From the human T2T-CHM13v2.0 reference genome, Homo sapiens: a stretch of DNA of 64,000 nucleotides. Shown piece by piece: positions 1-15,619 of this stretch; the stretch's first letter is position 1, and every line of letters begins with the position of its first letter. The notes under the pieces were generated by a model that saw only the letters and a list, made by a program, of their open reading frames with translations, did no database searches and was not told where the DNA came from. Where the stretch lies: NCBI RefSeq assembly GCF_009914755.1, contig NC_060934.1. One strand, given 5' to 3'. A program made the position numbers and the translations under genes.

Positions 1-1097
1 GCAGAATCATTTGTTTCCTGTTTGTGTCTCTTCATTAGGATCTAAATTCCCCCAGGCCAGACGCAGTGTCTTACTTTTTTGATTCCGGTGTTTATTCACA
101 GGGCCTGGCTTAAGCAATATTTGAATGACTGGAGCAATTAACTGATCAATCAATATTCTTAAAAGCTTAAAACCTACTTACTTACCAGGTAGGACCTGGT
201 ATTACTAAACACTTAAATTCTTTGGATCGTGTGAACCTATTTCCATAGCTGTAACACATAGGGATAATTTATTTTGCCTGAAATTCAGAGAACTCTCTGG
301 GACTGGGAAATATTTTCCATCTCCAAGGCTTCACTCGCACGGGGCCTGGAGGTGCAAAGGAGCAGGACTCAGCAGCCAGGAGGAAGCCGCTGTGATTGGC
401 ACTTAGCTTAGATCGCACAAATCTGCTTTGAAAAGTCCACCTCTCCCTCTCGGCCACCATATTGCCGTGATCACAGAAAACAGCATTTACAAACTCTGTG
501 TTTTTCATACTTGCCAAGACCAGCAATCTTCTCTGTGTGGAGGCTTGATGGGATGCAAATGGGCCTGCCTGGCCCTGGCCCTCGCTCTGCCTCCAGTAAC
601 TCTTAGCACCGACCTCAAGGTCCAAGTGCACGCCAGAGAGGCGCATGATCACGGAGATGCTACTTTAAATTTCTCTAATAGACACATCCACAGTAACGGT
701 TGACATTTGTGTAATGGTGGATTGAGAATTCACCGGTAGGTTAAAATAACCTGAGTGCCTGTGGAGATAATTGTAACCACCAGCAATTAAACTGAAAAGC
801 CCGTCTTTCAGACAAATATTTGGCTTTCATTGAACTTCCGCAAAATGATTTCAACCAGCGGACTGACATCTGCAACTCTGGTTGTGAATGACTTATGAGC
901 TTTTCTATATGCAGAGGGTGCTGCAGGATGAAAAGAAAGAATAAGAGATTGGGTGTTATAAAAGTGGAGCTATGAGAAAGCGATGGAAGAAATTGGGACA
1001 AATGTAAGTCTAGTTTCACCAGGGTTTCTTCAAGTCACACCAGCAGCCTGGGGGTGAGAATGAGACTGCATTTTGCTGCCTTTATCTGACTCTTTCC

Positions 1098-1720
<623 letters not shown>

Positions 1721-3389
1721 ACTTTCCTGCATTTTCTATACCAGTCCTGTGCCCACATGAAGGCACAAGACTCAGTCATTTACTTCCTGGTTGCCTCTAG
1801 GACAGTCACATGTGTGCTTTTGTGCAAATGCCCTTAACCTCCCCCTTCCCCGACCCCCAGCTAACAGAGCCCTCAGCCCCATCTTCCTAAAGCTGTGCAC
1901 CGGAAACCCTGGAAGGGCCAGATGGCCAGGGCTGGACACTGATGTCAAACTGTGATACGTGACCCCAATCAGACTGCCTTGTTTCCACATGTCTCCTTGG
2001 AATTTTTGTGAAGATAGCAGTTGTCCGCTTGGGCTGAAAAAAAATTATTGTGGGAGCATTGTTAGCATTCTCATACTTACCTCCCTGCCTGCCCCAAGGG
2101 AAAAAAAAATTCTGTATGAAGAGCCCTTGTATCTCCAACCTACTGGGGATAGTTTGTTTCTTCCAGGCACATTCCTGGGTTTTGTGCTGCAAGAGGAGGG
2201 ATGGGCAGAGGAGGGCGGGAGAAAGGCCAGCACGAGAGAGGTGAAGCTGGAAGCCCATGACAATATGTTGCAGTTACTTCAGCAAAAGCTGGGAGTGGGG
2301 AGGGAGCTGGGGTGCTGGGGAATAGGGGTGAGTTAACAGGTGCCTTATTTGGGGGCAGAGGACAGTTGGGGTGGTGAGAATTAGAAATGGAGGACTCCAA
2401 AAAATAGAGTGCTGGTTCCTGAGTGTTATGATTTAGAGCCTTAAAAGGAAGGGCTGGACTCCCTGTGGATTTGCGTGTGGCTTTTGAACCATGCTGTTTG
2501 GAATTGACACGAGTGGTGGCATGACAGGTCACACTCACAGTCCCCACTCCTCCTGGGACTCAGATGTGAACAAATCTAAACATGAAGTAGCCTGCTACAG
2601 TCGAAATGGCCTGTTCTCTCCAGATAACCCAGGCCTTCCTATTAGATATCAGCCTAGGATGAGGTCACTGCAAGGGGCTGCCCCACCTGTCTGCCCACCT
2701 AGGTCTGGGGCCCATGGTGAGCAAGGCTGGGGGTTAAGTGGATACAGGTACACAGAAGAAGAATCACTGCCCAAGATGGGGATCCACGCAGCAGAGGTGG
2801 TGATCAGCTGCTCTTCCTGTTCACTCTGGCCGGGTCCTGGAACCAAGGAAAGCATGCATTTCACAGGAAGCCCAGGGTAGCAAGAACTCCTTCCTGCTTC
2901 CAGGGCCAAATTGGACCAACCAAACCCAAGCTCTAGTCAGTTGTTCAGACATAAGTTGGCCAGTAAAGATTTGCTAATTTGTTTCATTTAAACTCAACTA
3001 GACTGAACATTTATAGTGCTTGAATTTATAGGTACAGAGCTAATACAGGTGACATTATTTAGTAAAGTGACCATTAGGGAAATCACAGTGTTTGAAAGAT
3101 GTTACCAAGTCAATGAAAGCCAAACTTCTAGAAATAATTAATGACATAAAATCATGCTTATTAGAAAGTGGGAAAGGCAAGAATTCAACAAAATGTCATA
3201 GAAATTCTGTGTATGTTTCTATCATCTTCTATTGATCATTGTGTCTCTCGTTCTCTCTAGCTATGTAACTAAATACAAAAATTCATAGAAAATACACCAA
3301 AATATTCACACTGGTTATTTTGGGTTGATGGAATTGTGGCTGACTTTTGTTTTCTTATTAAATTTTTTTTGAGTGTTTCTTAAAATATA

Positions 3390-3910
3390 TTTGTTAGCCT
3401 TGGCTGTATAACAGATTACTCTAAAATTTAATGGCTTGAAACAAGAAACACTTGCTATTTCTCGTAATTCTAAGGGACCTTGGGTCTGATCCTTCGGTCT
3501 AGACCAGGTGGTAGGTCTTGAGGTCAGCCTACAGCTAGGCCGACTCAGGATGCCCTCGTGTTGTGGCAGCACTCACATTTCTAGCTTTGGCAGGTTGGTT
3601 GGTCCAAGGACCTGAGCTGGGACTGGTATCTTCATGATATGTCATCTCTCATTCTCCCAGGGGCTAGCCCAAGCCTCTTTTTTGGTGGTCTTGGGGGTCC
3701 AAAGAGCAGGAGGAAGGGGCAAGTCCTAAGGTGAATGCTCTTTTCACACCTCTGCCTGCATCACGTTGGCTCCTGTCCATTGGCCAAAATGATCTGTGTG
3801 CCATGCCAGGCTTGAGAGGGTGGAGGGGAGACTCTGCCTCTTAAAGGAAATGCCCCAAAGCCATTCTGCAAAAGGCCTGTGCACACAGGGATGGGGACAT
3901 CGTGGCCATG
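3390..3910 (-). mobile_element. Old MaLR LTR (MLT1 class), approximate ends
   Basis: gctgtataacagattactctaaaatttaatggcttgaaacaa resembles an MLT1 terminus. Confidence 0.6.
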
Positions 3911-4190
3911 CAAGAAAACAAACACACCATTTGAAATCAGAAAAATGAAGCTCATTTTTAAATAATAAAAATAGAAGAAAATTTTGTCAAGGGATTTGGA
4001 ATTGTGTTTGAGAGTTCAAGAAGCCAGAGGTTTCTTAGAAAATTATGACATTCACAGAAATGGTGAGCTATTTGTAGAGGACTACTGTTTATTTTGTTAA
4101 AGGCCAAAATATGGCGGACACTCCTTCACTTTATTTAAATTGGCTTCTTTTTCAATGACTTTTTAAAATTATTATTTAAAAATGAATGTT

Positions 4191-5071
<881 letters not shown>

Positions 5072-7930
5072 TAAAATTGTTAGAAACTATGTAAAAGTCC
5101 AAAGAACAAAGCAAAAACCATCCATACTTTTATTATCCCTAGATAATCACATTTTAGTTCAGATGTATTTTTATGTATTTAGCTACCTTAGCCCATTTGA
5201 AATCACACTGTACATACTTTTGATAGCTGATTTTTGGAATTTATACTGAACAGATATTGGCAGTTTCCCATGTCAATATATTGCCTTTTCTGTCTCTAAA
5301 AATATATTTTTAATCAGATCTTGGTAGTGTTTCTGTAGAAGTCACAGGGGGTGTGGAAACTTGGTGATGGGGTCAGGAACGCCTTCCTGGAGGAGAGGAG
5401 GTCTTGTTCAGCAGGCAAAGACCCTTAGAAGGGCTTTCCCAGTAGAAGGAATAGTATGGACCAAGACACAGAGGAACAAGCCCAGAGCACAGTCCCTGCA
5501 GCGGCAGTTCACACCCCTAGGTAAGAGCAGGAGCCCAGGAGGAGAAGGAGAAGTGTGGAGCTGGGTCAGACCGCAGATGACCTTCACCACCGCCATGCCG
5601 ACGTGATTGGTAAGCCCCCTCCCAAAGGTCATCCTCTTATCTGGGTTTGGTCACTGTTTCCTTCAGGGGATTCCTTTTTGACAAATGACGTACGACTTCC
5701 CTCTGAAAGAGAGCTGCAATCTCCACTCCAGGAAAGAATTGCACAAACCAGATTTTCCTAGAACAAGGCTTCAACACCAGAAACATCACATTCCAATGAC
5801 AATAGCATCAAAATAGTCATTACCTGGGAGCCTTTTGGGAAAATGGAAATCCTTCTAATCTTTTGCTGTAGAACTGGGACTTACTGACACAGAATAAGAA
5901 CTTTTAATTGTTACCAACTTATAAGGAAGTTGTGGCATACGGACAGATATTGTCAGGTGCAATGTGCCATCCTTACACATTCTGAAACCATGAACCCACG
6001 GGGTGTTTTCCGAGCCGGATTTTCTTTTAAAAACTTGAATTCCAAGGAGTTGCTTAAATGGGCAGTGGATGGGGTTGGGTGGGGAGTTCATTCATGTCTT
6101 CTGGGACACAGATAAGACAGGCAAATGATCTTAGGACCTCTCTTAGAGGTCCCAGCTTTGCCAAGAAAGTTAACCTCCGAGTCACTTTTTTTTGCTCTTT
6201 CCCCAGTAGAAGATAGATCAACAGGGTCTCTCTCTGTTCACAATAGTTCAAAGATGTTATCTCCTGGAACAATTCAGTAATTTCTACTCTTGTCTTCAAA
6301 CTAGTGGGGATCAGTCAAGTTGAACAAATCCCTCTTCATCCATCTCCTTCTGTCCCCCAACCCTCGTTGCATCTTCCTAAGCAGGGAAGTGGACTGTGGC
6401 CCTGCCTTTCTCTGGGGCCCGAGTGTGTTGTCTATTTCTACGTGCCAAGCTGTCTGCAGACCTGCATCTGAAACTGTAGAGCCCTTTCTTTCAGCCTCTT
6501 CCCTCAACTCGCCTCTTAATCCAATCCTAATTCCACCTGGGCACTCTGTCGCTGCCCTTTAAAACATCAAAGAGCAGCTGCTCTTTCCAACATAATGGTT
6601 GTCTTTGTTATTCCTGCAAGACTGGAACCTTTAAAATGTCACTTCCTTGCAGATCTCATTTGGTATAAATGAAATAGGATTTTAAGTTAAAACTTGCAGT
6701 TGGAGGTTTATTCCTGGGGATCGTGTCTCTTTTTGCCTTCTGCCGGCTCACCCCTTGGGTCTAGCAGCCTGACATATAGGGCTGCCCTGCAAATCCTGGA
6801 GAGGCTTGTGGTTTCTAAATCTTTCCTATCGGAACTTACAGAGAGAGACACCCCTGAGGATTCTAATGCTGCAATTGTGCATTCAGCATAGAGAATATTG
6901 CTATTTTAAATAATTTTATCTTCAAGTAGCAATTATGGTTGCATTCACCTTAGAAATGATTTTTTTTTGTAAGATCGGATGCATCATATTAGATTTGCCC
7001 AATTCCATCATGTCTTGGATGGGCCTCGACCAGAACCATGTCCCCAAGTCTGCTTCTGCTCTGTGGGAGAGATCAACTTGGTTCCTTTGGCCTGATCAGG
7101 AGTTAGAGCCTGCATGCCAGCATCTGTCCTGGGCCTCAGCCTATAGCCCAGCTTCTGTCCTGATCTTGGTAAAAAACAGCACCCTACCTTTTAAAGTCAC
7201 GGCTGTGTCAGGATATGTTAATGAATATCTGAACTTGCACTACACAGAGGTGAGGCCTGCCTTTGCTTAGGACTCTGGGAGAGTTACTACCCCATGCCCA
7301 AAGGGTGCTACATCTTTCAGGTCATGAAAGCAGCCTTGAGAAGAAAGCTGAGGCAATCATTGAGGCTATCTATGTAAGCTTCCAGTGAAATGAAAATGAA
7401 ATCATGACCAATCACACATTTTAAAAATAAATGCTTTTTCCAGGTCAGTAACCATTGTTCCTGAAAATTGGCCTTTTTTGGAGGTGAGGCTCCATGATCA
7501 GGGTGCTAATGGCTCTCAGTCACTGCCAGCAGGCCCTCCACTGAGCCCCTACTTCCCCAGCTTCCACTTCTACCTGCAGGCTTGGCCCAGGTGGCACATA
7601 CATTTATTTCATGGGTTCCTTCCATCCAGGAATGCTGTGTCCAGAATGATTCTGAGGCTTTACCTGGGTGTTGTAGTCAGGAAGACTGCCATTGGTCATG
7701 AGGTCTGCCTTGGACATGGAATGGGGGGAAGAAAGATCTTCGCTTGGCTCCTGAGGAGTCCCAATGTGCTCACTGCCCCTATTAGAGGGGGGCCCTAACA
7801 GGTGATGCTTGGGACCCCAGAGCTCTCTGTGGACCCAGATGTTCATGACAGGAAAGATGAGTCTGGCTCACAGAGCAGATGGCTTCATGTTCCGGGAGGC
7901 TTTCTCAAGGGATCTACTTGAGGCTTTTAG

Positions 7931-8425
<495 letters not shown>

Positions 8426-10323
8426 TGACATTTTTTTCTCTTAAATGAATACTGTAAATACATTTTGTTCATCTTGCCATTTTGCAATTTTAGAATAATT
8501 TCTTAGAGTTCCAGAAGGATTATTTGTTCAAAAGAAATGTACATCTTTAAAGCTTAACATATGTATTTCTAAGTTTATTTCAAACTAATATATCAACTTA
8601 TGATTGTCTAGACCGTAATTTTTAAATTACTTAAAGAATTTCAGAAGTAAACAGTTGTGATTTACTTCTTGAGATAACGTATGTTATTATTTTTATCTAA
8701 TTACAAAGATAGAAAACTTGGGAAATACAGAATAACGAAAGAGGCAAAAAATATAAATAACATTTGAAGGTCACTATTGAGGGGTAAAAGCATATGATCT
8801 CAGCAACTTACCATCAAATGGTTCAGAAAAGTAATGCATGTGATTTTAAATAACATGCATAGTTACATTTTGAATAACATACATGTTCACACATATATAA
8901 ACTATATATAATATACAATATTATATAAAACTATATAAGGTATATAATTAATATACATACATATTATATATGTATATATCGTGTAAAATTGTTATAGTCA
9001 TGCAGTAAGAATTATATGTGAGTGAATGTGTATGTTGGAGAGAGAACAATAAATCAAATGTTGCGAAGTGTCAACAATTGTTGAGCTGAGGTGAAGACAC
9101 ATGAGCACTGCTTGTAGTGTTTTTGCAACTTACCTATACAAGTGATATTATTTCAAAATAAAAGATTAATAGATTTTAGATGACACACTTTCAGTGTTTT
9201 TTATGCATAAAAGCATCATCTTCTGCCAGTTTAGGGTTCATATTATTTCGCTTTTTCAGCAGCAGGCTTTGCAAGACCACACCGTGGGTATGTTACCATG
9301 ACCTTTGTATACCATCTTATGGAGAGAAACTATTTCCTTCCTGTGGGGCTTTTAAGTTGTTTCCAATTTTTCACTAATAAAAAATAACATTTCAGTAAGT
9401 GTCCCTGGACACAAATCTTTAGTCATATCTTTGATAAATTCCCTTACTGGGAATTGCTGAGTTGAAAAACAACTCCCAACTGAAAGCTGCTAATACAAAT
9501 TGCCACGTGCCCTGGAAAAGTTCCACCAATGTGCTGTACCCCTAGCAATGCAGGAGCACGGCTCTGTCAGTGGCTAAAACAGAGCCCAGCTCAAAGCAGC
9601 TCAGGTGAGATGCAGGGTCCATTGTAGGCTTGTTGGGGGAGCTCAGTGCCTCCAATTGGAGGAAGCACAGCCTGGCCTTGCCCACCTGCAAAGCCCAGGC
9701 GCTATGTCTGTGTGTGTTGTCTCTGCAGCCATCTCCTCTGCTCCAACCTCTGGTTAGTGGGCGAGTAGCTTCTCTGCAAGGCTCTGAGTTCTTTCACTCA
9801 GCTCCCGGGAGCCTTTGCTTTGCTAGAGTGTATGGCCCCACACTCCGGGCCCTTGCTGATGAGCTGCTCTCCATGGTGAATGTAGGTCAGAGAAGTAATG
9901 GGTGGGTAGGCTGGGAAGAGGACAGATTACCTAGAACAGGGCATGAACAGGCAGGCAATGACCCACACCTCCAACTCCACTTCACAGTGTTTCATGTGCT
10001 TTCACTAATGGCTTTGAATCTTAAAAAAAAGAATAAAAGAACGAAAAAGAAGAGGAAAATTTGACAGGCTTAAATGTTTCATTATTTTTATTGTATTTCT
10101 TTAAATATTAGCTATTCTTGGCATTTTGTGTGTTTGTCAGTGATTTGTATTTCTTCTGTGAAGGGCTTATGTTCTAGAACCATGTTTCTGTTGGACTGTT
10201 TTTCCTTTATTGAGCTATATGATGCTTTCATAAAGGATCTTACCCTTTATGGTTTTAAATATTTGCCCCATTTTGCCTTTCACCTTTTAAATTTTGTTTA
10301 CAGTGTCTTTTGACATTCAAGAG

Positions 10324-10683
10324 TGCCTCAGTATGTTTGGGCTGCTATAACAAGATACCTTAGACTGGATAATTTATAAAAAATAGAAATTTATTGCTCA
10401 CAGTTCTGGAGGGTGGGAAGCCCAAGATCAAGGCCAATTTAGGTTTGACGTCTAGTTTGATGTCTAGTGAGGGCATTCTCTGCTTCACAGATGGCACCTT
10501 TGGATGCATCCTTATGTGGTGGAATGGATGGGCAGCTTCCTTGCACCTCTTTTGTAAGGACACTAATCCCATTCATGAAGGCAGAGACTTAATCACCTCC
10601 TAAAGTCCCTACCTCGTAATACTCTCACATTGGCAATTAAGGTTTAACATATGAATCTGGGGGGACACATTGAGACCACAGCA
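10324..10683 (-). mobile_element. MaLR LTR (MLT1A/MST class)
   Basis: gctgctataacaagatacc...aatttattgctcacagttctggagg...cccaagatcaagg signature. Confidence 0.8.
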
Positions 10684-11935
10684 AGCAGTTTCTCATTTTT
10701 GTCTAATCAAATTTGTCATTTCTTTCTTTTTAAAAACATTTGACTTACAACTTAACATTTGTAGAAATGTTTCTTCCATTGCTCTTATTAGAAAGATTTT
10801 TACCTTCCATGTGTTGCTGCTTCTAGTCATTTTAATTTTTTGTGCTGCATCCCTTTTTGGATGCACCTGGAAGCACCTAGCATAGGGCACCAAGTGGACG
10901 CTCAATCAGTAAGTGTTTGCTGTTGACATGAATGAAGGGTAATGAAAACTCCTTATGGTCTAATGACCTTTGAAAATTATTTGCAAGGCTGCAAATGAGA
11001 ATTCAAGAAGCAATGTCCTAAATGGTACTCTAGTGGCTCTCAGAGGAGCTGGCTAATTGAATTCAAACCATGTGTGAAAGCTGCCCCTTCCAGGACAATA
11101 TCCTCCAGCCGGCTGTAGGGATGAGTTTTTTCAGTGTCTGGAAGTCCCATAACAGGACTAAATGAAGACTGAAGTCAATATCTTCCTTCTTCCTCTTCAG
11201 AGATTTGAATTATGATGTGCACCTTCTAATGTTGATGATCTACGAAAATACATACAGCTGATTTTTCAGGTCTTGTCTTCAAAGAGCAAAGCCAGAGCAT
11301 TGTTTTAAAGCAGACAATGGTGTCCACAAGCTCGCAGCAATGAGTAAACTGTCACTGTGAACCTTCTTATGATGTATTTAAGGCCATACATTAAAGACAA
11401 CAATAACATCATTTGTGGTGGGCCTAATTATGGCCCCTGGACTTTAAATCCCATTTTAGAAAGTGCCCACAAACAAAACCAAACAAAACAACACATAGTG
11501 CATCTCTAAAGAGTGCCGCTTCACAGTACCTCTGTGTTTTCTCAACTTTGGGGAAAAATCTTTGCTTTGAAATCTTACTTTTTGGACCAAACTATTGATT
11601 CTGTGTTGACTCCTTGACTACAAGATCATGAACTTTCTTGATCATTACAAATAAACATTTCTACAATTGTCTCTTTTCACCGATATCAAAAACAAAAGAG
11701 CTTGGGGTTTCTAAATAAAGTGTCTAGAGAAAACCGATGTGTATATTGCCCTCATTATGTTGTTAATAATGCATTTTTAGATGGAGTTAATATTTTATGG
11801 GCTATTAATAATACATGTGTTTAGGGAAATGCATGTATTCTATAGAAGGATGAGAAAGTTATAAACTTGGAATTTTGCTTCTTTGTATCACAGTGCAGTT
11901 GTGACATACATTTGCCGAAAACTTGCCTGGTAGAG

Positions 11936-11938
<3 letters not shown>

Positions 11939-11980
<42 letters not shown>
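11939..11980. repeat. (TG)21 microsatellite
   Basis: Direct reading. Confidence 0.97.
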
Positions 11981-11982
<2 letters not shown>

Positions 11983-12230
11983 AAGAGTAAAGCACTTCCA
12001 TTGATGTAACCTGGAAAGTTCAGAATTCAGGAGGCTGTTTCCACTTTCTGGCCCAGATTGTTGCTGCCAGGACCTCCTCCTTTGCTTAATCACCACTCAA
12101 GTCCCTTACAACTCTGAACACGTCAACACTGAGATGTCCACTAGAAGAACGCATTAGCACTGATGAAGAATCACGGCCTGGGGCATGTGACTGGCACTGA
12201 TCCACAGGTGTATATAAGAAGCCTTTCTCA

Positions 12231-13276
12231 TTTTTGCAACCTATCCATCTGATAAAGGTCTAACATCCAGTGTCTATAAGGCACTTAAACAAATTTACAA
12301 GAAATAAACAAACAACCCCATTAAAAAGTGGGCAAAGGATGTGAACAGACACTTCTCAAAAGAAGACATACATGTGGCCAACAAACATGAAAAAAAGCTC
12401 AATATCACTGATCATTAGAGAAATGCAAATCAAAACCACAATGGGATACCATCTCACACCAGTCAGAATGGCTATTACTAAAAAGTCAAGAAACAACAGA
12501 TGCCGGTGAGATTATAGAGAAGAAGGAATGCTTTTATGCCGTTGGTGGGAGAGTAAATTAGTTCAACCATTGTGGAAGACGGTGTGGTGATTCCTCAGAG
12601 ACCTAGAGGCAGAAATGCCATTTGACCCAGCAATCCCATTACTAAGTATATACCCAAAGGAATAGAAATCATTCTATTATATTACTAAGTATATACGCAA
12701 AGGAATATAAATCATTCTATTATATTACTAAGTATATACGCAAAGGAATATAAATCAATCTATATATATAGAAATATTATATTATAGAAATCATCTATTA
12801 TAAAGATACAAGCACACATATGTTCATTACAGCACTATTCACAGTAGCAAAGACATGGAATCAACCCAAATGCCCATCACTGATAGACTGGATAAAGAAA
12901 ATTTGATACATATACACCATGGAATACTATGCAGCCATAAAAAGGAATGAGATCATGTCCTTTGCAGGGATATGGATGGAGCTGGAAGCGATTATCCTCG
13001 GCAAACTTAACGCAGAGACAGAAAACCAAATATTACATGTTCTCACTTATAAGTGGGAGCTGAATGATGAGAACACGTGGACACATGGGGGGAACAACAC
13101 ACACTGGGGGTGGGAGGAGGAAGAGGATCAGGAAGAATAGCTAATGGATGCCGGGCTTAATACCTAGATGATGGGATGATCTGTGCAGCAAACCACCATG
13201 GCACACGTTTACCTATGTAACAAACCTCCACACCCTGCGCACGTACCCCTGAACTTAAAATATAAGTTAGAAAAAA
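12231..13276 (+). mobile_element. 5'-truncated L1PA (L1PA12-16-like) 3' end
   Basis: ORF2 C-terminus/3'UTR homology, A-tail, 15-bp TSD AAGAAGCCTTTCTCA (12216-12230) / AAGAAGCTTTTCTCA (13277-13291). Confidence 0.92.
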
Positions 13277-15179
13277 AAGAAGCTTTTCTCACCTCTTAGA
13301 ATCTGATTCAAATGTAGCAGCAATTTCTGCTCAGAATTTCAGGAGGGTCTGCGTGTCCCATTACTTTTGACTTCGGGGAGATAACTCAAGTAATTTTTGC
13401 TTTTCTAGATGGAGTGAGACACAGAGGGAAGAGGGTGAGAAACAGCTGGTGATGTAAGGGAAAAACTAAGCCCTGATGGCTGGTGATACTGGAGTGAGGA
13501 GAATGTCCTGATACCCAGAGATACTAGTTTCTAGGGAAGAGAAGCATGGTATAGCCCCTGCCCCCAGGGTGCTTTCAGTCTAGTGGAAACATCACATCCT
13601 CCATGATTCCCACACATAATAAACCTACATCATAATCCTAGGTAATTTTTCCTTATTCTGTTAAGGATGCAACTTTCCAAGGCAAATATTTTCTAATTTT
13701 ATTTTCCTAAAGTTTTGAGGGATCCTATTCTACAATTTAAGGCTCTTTGGGGCCAGTAAAATTACTTAACATTTTAGTGAAACCTGAAAATCTGTATCTT
13801 TCATTCTTAGACTCATGTACACCATCTGCAGCATGATGTCAATATAAGAGCTCAGAGTTCAGGAGGGAAACAGACGTGGTTCAAAGCTCAGTCCCAACCC
13901 ACCAACATGAAATACCCTGCATGAGTTACACGTGTTCTCTGGCTTACTCCATCTCATCACGTACAATGGGAACTATTCAGGGGCAGTGCTTCATATGTGC
14001 ATGCTTCTCTTAATTCAGAGATGAGCTTGGGAAGGAAGAGAGAGGACAATTTCACCAGCAGTTGAATGACTGCTCATCATTCCAATCCAGCCTCTGCCCT
14101 GGAGGCAGAACCAGATGAGAGATGTAAATCTGTGTATGGTTCCCTTGCTTCTCAAAGCATGACCATCTCCTCATGCTGAGTAAGAGTCTAATATTTTAAA
14201 GGAAATACCTCTTGTACATCACATCTCCCATCCATGCCAACTTCATCTGGTGCTCAGTCGATCTGTTTCAGAGCTGGAGGAAGCTGTCTGGGTGAGCTGA
14301 CCTGTACAGAGATATGTTAGTCTGTCATCAAGATGACACTTAAGGGACTTTAAATAGTGATTCTGATATCATCGTATTCTAATTGCACCTGACTTTAAAA
14401 ATGATTACTAACCCCCACCCACCTCTGGCCCCTATAAAAAGGAAGTCAGTCCAGAGCCTGCCTGCTGCCTACCTCCCAGGGCCCTCCTGAGAATAATAAG
14501 TGTGGATTGGGCATGAGTTTTAAATGCATAGGGAACATCTGTTCATTAGCCAGGGGACTTTTTCCCTTAGAAAATAAAGTAATGGAGAAATCTCACAAAA
14601 TAAAAAAGGGGCCATCAAGCCCTAAAACCTAGTCTCTTAACATCTTTCATGACACAGTTGTCTTGAAAACCAGGCCTTGTGGGGGAGTGGGGAGTAATTT
14701 TCTGGAGTTCCATGAGCATTTCAAGAGCTACGCCTATAGGCCTAGGTCCCAGAGGCCCAATATGCCCAGGGCAGAGAGAATTCAGGATATGACTTGGGGA
14801 GAAATCCACCTCCACCAGCTTGGTCCTCCAGCAGGTTTCCATGTCCTTCCATGCAGGAAGGCGCATGCAGGAAGGTGTCAGGAAGCTCCTGTAGACCACA
14901 GGGGCAGATGGGGAAGGTAGTTGATGGTACTGGTTGCCTAACTTGCCCAGAATTGTGCCAGCATCAGTAGAGTCCTCCTGCAGCCCAGGGCTGCAAAGTA
15001 GACCACAGAGCCTTGAGTCTATGGGAGCCACAACCGGCCTCAGGGGAACACATAGTCCCTGTGAGTGCAAAGGTGGAGCACAGTCAGCAAGCTGAGAGTT
15101 TCCCTGCTGTAGACTTGAGTAGCAGATGCCAGTAGAATGGGCAAGGGACCCTGTCACCACTGAGGACAGCAAGGGTCCC

Positions 15180-15619
15180 ATGTTAGTTGACTTGAGGTAC
15201 CATAACGAAATACCCACAGCTGAGTGGCTCAAACAACAGAAATGGATTTCTCACAGTTCTGGAGGTTGAGATGTCCAAGATCAAGGTGCTGGAAGAGTAG
15301 GTTTCATTCTGAGGTCTCTTCTCTTGGCTTGTAGGCTGCTATCATCTCACTGTGTGCTCTTCCTTGTATGTTCTCAGGGAGAGGCAGAGGCAGAGACAGA
15401 GACAGAGGCGGAGGCATAGACAGAGACAGAGGCAGAGGCAGAGATAGAGAAGGCTCTGGAGTCTTTTCTAATAAGGACACTAATTCCATCAGATCAGGGC
15501 CCCACCCTATGACTTCATTTAACCTTAATTACTTTATTAGAGGCCCCATCTCCAAATATAGACAGTCACTCTGGGGATTAGAGCTTCAACATATAAACAC
15601 AAACATTCAGTGCATAGCA
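15180..15619 (-). mobile_element. MaLR LTR (MLT1A/B-like) with internal GA-rich hexamer repeat
   Basis: ctcacagttctggagg..tccaagatcaaggtg..ataaggacactaat signatures. Confidence 0.8.

Noticed and set aside
14615-15232. 205-aa minus-strand ORF
   Set aside because: Starts at a TTG inside an MLT1 LTR; no domain or splice support.
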